A DNA stretch of 64,000 nt from Auanema rhodensis. Taxonomy: Eukaryota > Animalia > Nematoda. The position numbers and the translations under genes are program-made. Below the pieces are notes generated by a model. The model was not told where the DNA came from and searched no databases. It was given only the letters and a program-made list of their open reading frames with translations. The stretch covers positions 12,772,001 through 12,836,000 of the forward strand of contig OZ059895.1 of the NCBI GenBank assembly GCA_964057225.1. The letters run 5' to 3'. Below, one piece after another: positions 53,701-64,000 of the stretch (the first letter of the stretch is position 1; every line of letters starts with the position of its first letter).

Positions 53701-56700
53701 CCGTAACAAATGTTTTTAATTTTCCAGCAGTTTTACTTAGATAGCTCAACCCAAGGCATCAAAATATCTTCAATCTTATTTCTATATTACAGTTATAAAC
53801 CAGTAGTTTATGAACCTTCATCTTAACTTTACTGTTTCTATCTATTTCCTATTGAAACAAACATTGTTTAAACACTGTACAACTGTGAAACCTTTTTTAA
53901 TTTATTGTATTTGGATCTCATAAGATTTGATATCATCGAGGGATTTAGATGTAACGTAGAAAATTACATAACTAACATGAAATTGGAAAAAAAACAATAA
54001 CGAGGATAAGTATGTAAATCATTGAATATCAGGTATTTTCGCTTACGACCATACCACGTTGAAAGTACGCCATCCCGTCCGATCTGGCAAGTCAAGCAAC
54101 GTTGGGCCCGGTTAGTACTTGGATCGGAGACGGCTTGGGAATCCCGGGTGCCGTAAGCTTTTCAAATTTTTTTAACGATCATACCACGTTGAAAGTACGC
54201 CATGCAGCTGATTTTCAATTTTATCTCTTCCGTAACAAATGTTTTTAATTTTCCAGCAGTTTTACTTAGATAGCTCAACCCAAGGCATCAAAATATCTTC
54301 AATCTTATTTCTATATTACAGTTATAAACCAGTAGTTTATGATCCTTCATCTTAACTTTACTGTTTCTCTCTATTTCCTATTGAAACAAACATTGTTTAA
54401 ACACTGTACAACTGTGAAACCTTTTTTAATTTATTGTATTTGGATCTCATAAGATTTGATATCATCGAGGAATTTAGATGTAACGTAGAAAATTACATAA
54501 CTAACATGAAATTGGAAAAAAAGCAATAACGAGGATAAGTATGTAAATCATTGAATATCAGATTTTTTCGCTTACGACCATACCACGTTGAAAGTACGCC
54601 ATGCAGCTGATTTTCAATTTTATCTCTTCCGTAACAAATGTTTTTAATTTTCCAGCAGTTTTACTTAGATAGCTCAACCCAAGGCATCAAAATATCTTCA
54701 ATCTTATTTCTATATTACAGTTATAAACCAGTAGTTTATGAACCTTCATCTTAACTTTACTGTTTCTATCTATTTCCTATTGAAACAAACATTGTTTAAA
54801 CACTATACAACTGTGAAACCTTTTTAATTTATTGTATTTGGATCTCATAAGATTTGATATCTTCGAGGGATTTAGATGTAACGTAGAAAATTACATAACT
54901 AACATGAAATTGGAAAAAAAAACAATAACGAGGATAAGTATGTAAATCATTGAATATCAGGTATTTTCGCTTACGACCATACCACGTTGAAAGTACGCCA
55001 TCCCGTCCGATCTGGCAAGTCAAGCCACGTTGGGCCCGGTTAGTACTTGGATCGGAGACGGCTTGGGAATCCCGGGTGCCGTAAGCTTTTCAAATTTTTT
55101 TAACGATCATACCACGTTGAAAGTACGCAATGCAGCTGATTTTCAATTTTATCTCTTCAGTAACAAATGTTTTTAATTTTCCAGCAGTTTTACTTAGATA
55201 GCTCAACCCAAGGCATCAAAATATCTTCAATCTTATTTCTATATTACAGTTATAAACCAGTAGTTTATGAACCTTCATCTTAACTTTACTGTTTCTATCT
55301 ATTTCCTATTGAAACAAACATTGTTTAAACACTATACAACTGTGAAACCTTTTTAATTTATTGTATTTGGATCTCATAAGATTTGATATCTTCGAGGGAT
55401 TTAGATGTAACGTAGAAAATTACATAACTAACATGAAATTGGAAAAAAAAACAATAACGAGGATAAATATGTAAATCATTGAATATCAGGTATTTTCGCT
55501 TACGACCATACCACGTTGAAAGTACGCCATCCCGTCCGATCTGGCAAGTCAAGCCACGTTGGGCCCGGTTAGTACTTGGATCGGAGACGGCTTGGGAATC
55601 CCGGGTGCCGTAAGCTTTTCAAATTTTTTTAACGATCATACCACGTTGAAAGTACGCCATGCAGCTGATTTTCAATTTTATCTCTTCCGTAACAAATGTT
55701 TTTAATTTTCCAGCAGTTTTACTTAGATAGCTCAACCCAAGGCATCAAAATATCTTCAATCTTATTTCTATATTACAGTTATAAACCAGTAGTTTATGAA
55801 CCTTCATCTTAACTTTACTGTTTCTATCTATTTCCTATTGAAACAAACATTGTTTAAACACTATACAACTGTGAAACCTTTTTAATTTATTGTATTTGGA
55901 TCTCATAAGATTTGATATCTTCGAGGGATTTAGATGTAACGTAGAAAATTACATAACTAACATGAAATTGGAAAAAAAAACAATAACGAGGATAAGTATG
56001 TAAATCATTGAATATCAGGTATTTTCGCTTACGACCATACCACGTTGAAAGTACGCCATCCCGTCCGATCTGGCAAGTCAAGCCACGTTGGGCCCGGTTA
56101 GTACTTGGATCGGAGACGGCTTGGGAATCCCGGGTGCCGTAAGCTTTTCAAATTTTTTTAACGATCATACCACGTTGAAAGTACGCAATGCAGCTGATTT
56201 TCAATTTTATCTCTTCCGTAACAAATGTTTTTAATTTTTCAGCAGTTTTACTTAGATAGCTCAACCCAAGGCATCAAAATATCTTCAATCTTTTTTCTAT
56301 ATTACAGTTATAAACCAGTAGTTTATGAACCTTCATCTTAACTTTACTGTTTCTATCTATTTCCTATTGAAACAAACATTGTTTAAACACTATACAACTG
56401 TGAAACCTTTTTAATTTATTGTATTTGGATCTCATAAGATTTGATATCATCGAGGGATTTAGATGTAACGTAGAAAATTACATAACTAACATGAAATTGG
56501 AAAAAAAACAATAACGAGGATAAGTATGTAAATCATTGAATATCAGGTATTTTCGCTTACGACCATACCACGTTGAAAGTACGCCATCCCGTCCGATCTG
56601 GCAAGTCAAGCAACGTTGGGCCCGGTTAGTACTTGGATCGGAGACGGCTTGGGAATCCCGGGTGCCGTAAGCTTTTCAAATTTTTTTAACGATCATACCA

Positions 56701-59700
56701 CGTTGAAAGTACGCAATGCAGCTGATTTTCAATTTTATCTCTTCAGTAACAAATGTTTTTAATTTTCCAGCAGTTTTACTTAGATAGCTCAACCCAAGGC
56801 ATCAAAATATTTTCAATCTTATTTCTATATTACAGTTATAAACCAGTAGTTTATGAACCTTCATCTTAACTTTACTGTTTCTATCTATTTCCTATTGAAA
56901 CAAACATTGTTTTAACACTATACAACTGTGAAACCTTTTTTAATTTATTGTATTTGGAGCTCATAAGATTTGATATCATCGAGGAATTTAGATGTAACGT
57001 AGAAAATTACATAACTAACATGAAATTGGAAAAAAAACAATAACGAGGATAAGTATGTAAATCATTGAATATCAGATTTTTTCGCTTACGACCATACCAC
57101 GTTGAAAGTACGCCATGCAGCTGATTTTCAATTTTATCTCTTCCGTAACAAATGTTTTTAATTTTCCAGCAGTTTTACTTAGATAGCTCAACCCAAGGCA
57201 TCAAAATATCTTCAATCTTATTTCTATATTACAGTTATAAACCAGTAGTTTATGAACCTTCATCTTAACTTTACTGTTTCTATCTATTTCCTATTGAAAC
57301 AAACATTGTTTAAACACTATACAACTGTGAAACCTTTTTTAATTTATTGTATTTGGATCTCATAAGATTTGATATCATCGAGGGATTTAGATGTAACGTA
57401 GAAAATTACATAACTAACATGAAATTGGAAAAAAAAACAATAACGAGGATAAGTATGTAAATCATTGAATATCAGGTATTTTCGCTTACGACCATACCAC
57501 GTTGAAAGTACGCCATCCCGTCCGATTTGGCAAGTCAAGCAACGTTGGGCCCGGTTAGTACTTGGATCGGAGACGGCTTGGGAAACCCGGGTGCCGTAAG
57601 CTTTTCAAATTTTTTTAACGATCATACCACGTTGAAAGTAGGCAATGCAGCTGATTTTCAATTTTATCTCTTCAGTAACAAATGTTTTTAATTTTCCAGC
57701 AGTTTTACTTAGATAGCTCAACCCAAGGCATCAAAATATCTTCAATCTTATTTCTATATTACAGTTATAAACCAGTAGTTTATGAACCTTCATCTTATTT
57801 TTACTGTTTCTATCTATTTCCTATTGAAACAAACATTGTTTTAACACTATACAACTGTGAAACCTTTTTTAATTTATTGTATTTGGAGCTCATAAGATTT
57901 GATATCATCGAGGAATTTAGATGTAACGTAGAAAATTACATAACTAACATGAAATTGGAAAAAAAACAATAACGAGGATAAGTATGTAAATCATTGAATA
58001 TCAGATTTTTTCGCTTACGACCATACCACGTTGAAAGTACGCCATGCAGCTGATTTTCAATTTTATCTCTTCCGTAACAAATGTTTTTAATTTTCCAGCA
58101 GTTTTACTTAGATAGCTCAACCCAAGGCATCAAAATATCTTCAATCTTATTTCTATATTACAGTTATAAACCAGTAGTTTATGAACCTTCATCTTAACTT
58201 TACTGTTTCTATCTATTTCCTATTGAAACAAACATTGTTTAAACACTATACAACTGTGAAACCTTTTTTAATTTATTGTATTTGGATCTCATAAGATTTG
58301 ATATCATCGAGGGATTTAGATGTAACGTAGAAAATTACATAACTAACATGAAATTGGAAAAAAAACAATAACGAGGATAAGTATGTAAATCATTGAATAT
58401 CAGATTTTTTCGCTTACGACCATACCACGTTGAAAGTACGCCATGCAGCTGATTTTCAATTTTATCTCTTCCGTAACAAATGTTTTTAATTTTCCAGCAG
58501 TTTTACTTAGATAGCTCAACCCAAGGCATCAAAATATCTTCAATCTTATTTCTATATTACAGTTATAAACCAGTAGTTTATGAACCTTCATCTTAACTTT
58601 ACTGTTTCTATCTATTTCCTATTGAAACAAACATTGTTTAAACACTATACAACTGTGAAACCTTTTTTAATTTATTGTATTTGGATCTCATAAGATTTGA
58701 TATCATCGAGGGATTTAGATGTAACGTAGAAAATTACATAACTAACATGAAATTGGAAAAAAAACAATAACGAGGATAAGTATGTAAATCATTGAATATC
58801 AGGTATTTTCGCTTACGACCATACCACGTTGAAAGTACGCCATCCCGTCCGATTTGGCAAGTCAAGCAACGTTGGGCCCGGTTAGTACTTGGATCGGAGA
58901 CGGCTTGGGAAACCCGGGTGCCGTAAGCTTTTCAAATTTTTTTAACGATCATACCACGTTGAAAGTACGCAATGCAGCTGATTTTCAATTTTATCTCTTC
59001 AGTAACAAATGTTTTTAATTTTCCAGCAGTTTTACTTAGATAGCTCAACCCAAGGCATCAAAATATCTTCAATCTTATTTCTATATTACAGTTATAAACC
59101 AGTAGTTTATGAACCTTCATCTTATTTTTACTGTTTCTATCTATTTCCTATTGAAACAAACATTGTTTTAACACTATACAACTGTGAAACCTTTTTTAAT
59201 TTATTGTATTTGGAGCTCATAAGATTTGATATCATCGAGGAATTTAGATGTAACGTAGAAAATTACATAACTAACATGAAATTGGAAAAAAAACAATAAC
59301 GAGGATAAGTATGTAAATCATTGAATATCAGATTTTTTCGCTTACGACCATACCACGTTGAAAGTACGCCATGCAGCTGATTTTCAATTTTATCTCTTCC
59401 GTAACAAATGTTTTTAATTTTCCAGCAGTTTTACTTAGATAGCTCAACCCAAGGCATCAAAATATCTTCAATCTTATTTCTATATTACAGTTATAAACCA
59501 GTAGTTTATGAACCTTCATCTTATTTTTACTGTTTCTATCTATTTCCTATTGAAACAAACATTGTTTTAACACTATACAACTGTGAAACCTTTTTTAATT
59601 TATTGTATTTGGAGCTCATAAGATTTGATATCATCGAGGAATTTAGATGTAACGTAGAAAATTACATAACTAACATGAAATTGGAAAAAAAACAATAACG

Positions 59701-62700
59701 AGGATAAGTATGTAAATCATTGAATATCAGATTTTTTCGCTTACGACCATACCACGTTGAAAGTACGCCATGCAGCTGATTTTCAATTTTATCTCTTCCG
59801 TAACAAATGTTTTTAATTTTCCAGCAGTTTTACTTAGATAGCTCAACCCAAGGCATCAAAATATCTTCAATCTTATTTCTATATTACAGTTATAAACCAG
59901 TAGTTTATGAACCTTCATCTTAACTTTACTGTTTCTATCTATTTCCTATTGAAACAAACATTGTTTAAACACTATATAACTGTGAAACCTTTTTAATTTA
60001 TTGTATTTGGATCTCATAAGATTTGATATCATCGAGGGATTTAGATGTAACGTAGAAAATTACATAACTAACATGAAATTGGAAAAAAAACAATAACGAG
60101 GATAAGTATGTAAATCATTGAATATCAGGTATTTTCGCTTACGACCATACCACGTTGAAAGTACGCCATCCCGTCCGATCTGGCAAGTCAAGCAACGTTG
60201 GGCCCGGTTAGTACTTGGATCGGAGACGGCTTGGGAATCCCGGGTGCCGTAAGCTTTTCAAATTTTTTTAACGATCATACCACGTTGAAAGTACGCAATG
60301 CAGCTGATTTTCAATTTTATCTCTTCAGTAACAAATGTTTTTAATTTTCCAGCAGTTTTACTTAGATAGCTCAACCCAAGGCATCAAAATATTTTCAATC
60401 TTATTTCTATATTACAGTTATAAACCAGTAGTTTATGAACCTTCATCTTAACTTTACTGTTTCTATCTATTTCCTATTGAAACAAACATTGTTTTAACAC
60501 TATACAACTGTGAAACCTTTTTTAATTTATTGTATTTGGAGCTCATAAGATTTGATATCATCGAGGAATTTAGATGTAACGTAGAAAATTACATAACTAA
60601 CATGAAATTGGAAAAAAAACAATAACGAGGATAAGTATGTAAATCATTGAATATCAGATTTTTTCGCTTACGACCATACCACGTTGAAAGTACGCCATGC
60701 AGCTGATTTTCAATTTTATCTCTTCCGTAACAAATGTTTTTAATTTTCCAGCAGTTTTACTTAGATAGCTCAACCCAAGGCATCAAAATATCTTCAATCT
60801 TATTTCTATATTACAGTTATAAACCAGTAGTTTATTAACCTTCATCTTAACTTTACTGTTTCTATCTATTTCCTATTGAAACAAACATTGTTTAAACACT
60901 ATACAACTGTGAAACCTTTTTTAATTTATTGTATTTGGATCTCATAAGATTTGATATCATCGAGGGATTTAGATGTAACGTAGAAAATTACATAACTAAC
61001 ATGAAATTGGAAAAAAAAACAATAACGAGGATAAGTATGTAAATCATTGAATATCAGGTATTTTCGCTTACGACCATACCACGTTGAAAGTACGCCATCC
61101 CGTCCGATTTGGCAAGTCAAGCAACGTTGGGCCCGGTTAGTACTTGGATCGGAGACGGCTTGGGAAACCCGGGTGCCGTAAGCTTTTCAAATTTTTTTAA
61201 CGATCATACCACGTTGAAAGTACGCAATGCAGCTGATTTTCAATTTTATCTCTTCAGTAACAAATGTTTTTAATTTTCCAGCAGTTTTACTTAGATAGCT
61301 CAACCCAAGGCATCAAAATATCTTCAATCTTATTTCTATATTACAGTTATAAACCAGTAGTTTATGAACCTTCATCTTATTTTTACTGTTTCTATCTATT
61401 TCCTATTGAAACAAACATTGTTTTAACACTATACAACTGTGAAACCTTTTTTAATTTATTGTATTTGGAGCTCATAAGATTTGATATCATCGAGGAATTT
61501 AGATGTAACGTAGAAAATTACATAACTAACATGAAATTGGAAAAAAAACAATAACGAGGATAAGTATGTAAATCATTGAATATCAGATTTTTTCGCTTAC
61601 GACCATACCACGTTGAAAGTACGCCATGCAGCTGATTTTCAATTTTATCTCTTCCGTAACAAATGTTTTTAATTTTCCAGCAGTTTTACTTAGATAGCTC
61701 AACCCAAGGCATCAAAATATCTTCAATCTTATTTCTATATTACAGTTATAAACCAGTAGTTTATGAACCTTCATCTTAACTTTACTGTTTCTATCTATTT
61801 CCTATTGAAACAAACATTGTTTAAACACTATACAACTGTGAAACCTTTTTTAATTTATTGTATTTGGATCTCATAAGATTTGATATCATCGAGGGATTTA
61901 GATGTAACGTAGAAAATTACATAACTAACATGAAATTGGAAAAAAAACAATAACGAGGATAAGTATGTAAATCATTGAATATCAGATTTTTTCGCTTACG
62001 ACCATACCACGTTGAAAGTACGCCATGCAGCTGATTTTCAATTTTATCTCTTCCGTAACAAATGTTTTTAATTTTCCAGCAGTTTTACTTAGATAGCTCA
62101 ACCCAAGGCATCAAAATATCTTCAATCTTATTTCTATATTACAGTTATAAACCAGTGGTTTATGAACCTTCATCTTAACTTTACTGTTTCTATCTATTTC
62201 CTATTGAAACAAACATTGTTTAACCACTATACAACTGTGAAACCTTTTTTAATTTATTGTATTTGGATCTCATAAGATTTGATATCATCGAGGGATTTAG
62301 ATGTAACGTAGAAAATTACATAACTAACATGAAATTGGAAAAAAAACAATAACGAGGATAAGTATGTAAATCATTGAAAATCAGGTATTTTCGCTTACGA
62401 CCATACCACGTTGAAAGTACGCCATCCCGTCCGATTTGGCAAGTCAAGCAACGTTGGGCCCGGTTAGTACTTGGATCGGAGACGGCTTGGGAAACCCGGG
62501 TGCCGTAAGCTTTTCAAATTTTTTTAACGATCATACCACGTTGAAAGTACGCAATGCAGCTGATTTTCAATTTTATCTCTTCAGTAACAAATGTTTTTAA
62601 TTTTCCAGCAGTTTTACTTAGATAGCTCAACCCAAGGCATCAAAATATCTTCAATCTTATTTCTATATTACAGTTATAAACCAGTAGTTTATGAACCTTC

Positions 62701-64000
62701 ATCTTATTTTTACTGTTTCTATCTATTTCCTATTGAAACAAACATTGTTTTAACACTATACAACTGTGAAACCTTTTTTAATTTATTGTATTTGGATCTC
62801 ATAAGATTTGATATCATCGAGGGATTTAGATGTAACGTAGAAAATTACATAACTAACATGAAATTGGAAAAAAAACAATAACGAGGATAAGTATGTAAAT
62901 CATTGAAAATCAGGTATTTTCGCTTACGACCATACCACGTTGAAAGTACGCCATCCCGTCCGATTTGGCAAGTCAAGCAACGTTGGGCCCGGTTAGTACT
63001 TGGATCGGAGACGGCTTGGGAAACCCGGGTGCCGTAAGCTTTTCAAATTTTTTTAACGATCATACCACGTTGAAAGTACGCAATGCAGCTGATTTTCAAT
63101 TTTATCTCTTCAGTAACAAATGTTTTTAATTTTCCAGCAGTTTTACTTAGATAGCTCAACCCAAGGCATCAAAATATCTTCAATCTTATTTCTATATTAC
63201 AGTTATAAACCAGTAGTTTATGAACCTTCATCTTATTTTTACTGTTTCTATCTATTTCCTATTGAAACAAACATTGTTTTAACACTATACAACTGTGAAA
63301 CCTTTTTTAATTTATTGTATTTGGAGCTCATAAGATTTGATATCATCGAGGAATTTAGATGTAACGTAGAAAATTACATAACTAACATGAAATTGGAAAA
63401 AAAACAATAACGAGGATAAGTATGTAAATCATTGAATATCAGATTTTTTCGCTTACGACCATACCACGTTGAAAGTACGCCATGCAGCTGATTTTCAATT
63501 TTATCTCTTCCGTAACAAATGTTTTTAATTTTCCAGCAGTTTTACTTAGATAGCTCAACCCAAGGCATCAAAATATCTTCAATCTTATTTCTATATTACA
63601 GTTATAAACCAGTAGTTTATGAACCTTCATCTTAACTTTACTGTTTCTATCTATTTCCTATTGAAACAAACATTGTTTAAACACTATACAACTGTGAAAC
63701 CTTTTTTAATTTATTGTATTTGAATCTCATAAGATTTGATATCATCGAGGGATTTAGATGTAACGTAGAAAATTACACAACTAACATGAAATTGGAAAAA
63801 AAACAATAACGAGGATAAGTATGTAAATCATTGAAAATCAGATTTTTTCGCTTACGACCATACCACGTTGAAAGTACGCCATGCAGCTGATTTTCAATTT
63901 TATCTCTTCCGTAACAAATGTTTTTAATTTTCCAGCAGTTTTACTTAGATAGCTCAACCCAAGGCATCAAAATATCTTCAATCTTATTTCTATATTACAG
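47756..64000 (+). rRNA. 5S rDNA tandem array block 3 (19 full genes, 16 truncated units; more heterogeneous)
   Basis: Full: 47814, 48343, 48872, 49801, 50727, 51257, 52186, 53113, 54041, 54969, 55498, 56027, 56555, 57484, 58811, 60137, 61066, 62393, 62922. Truncated: 49401, 50330, 51786, 52715, 53642, 54570, 57084, 58013, 58412, 59340, 59739, 60666, 61595, 61994, 63451, 63850. Confidence 0.96.

Noticed and set aside
49661-63410. Repeated 64-aa (minus) and 96-aa (plus) ORFs in the array
   Set aside because: Chance frames across the 5S gene and spacer that appear only with single-base variants; no coding features.

Overview
Eukaryotic DNA, most likely from a nematode (the 5S rRNA closely resembles my recollection of C. 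elegans 5S). The window is a tandem 5S rDNA array with a 529-bp unit: about 49 full genes and about 19 deletion units of 399 bp. Two related families of ~12-kb Ty3/gypsy LTR retroelements have inserted into it four times: a complete family A element (12596-24927, + strand, identical LTRs, one intact 3081-codon ORF), a family A solo LTR (33114-33530), a complete family B element (35670-47755, - strand, two point lesions) and a partial family B copy running off the left edge (1-5683). The most notable feature is the gene order. Both families encode a single Gag-Env-Pol polyprotein. The Env has an internal signal peptide, a furin site, a herpesvirus-gB-like (class III fusogen) motif block and a TM anchor, and it lies BETWEEN Gag and the protease instead of after pol. 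Both families prime on tRNA-Gln, make 4-bp TSDs, have non-canonical LTR ends (…GGAACG rather than …CA), and insert in the spacer upstream of intact 5S genes (-57, -58, -77, -218). Family B also appears to carry a spliced antisense gene in its leader, and family A carries an extra 3' ORF. Homology calls come from motif recognition by eye, not from database searches.
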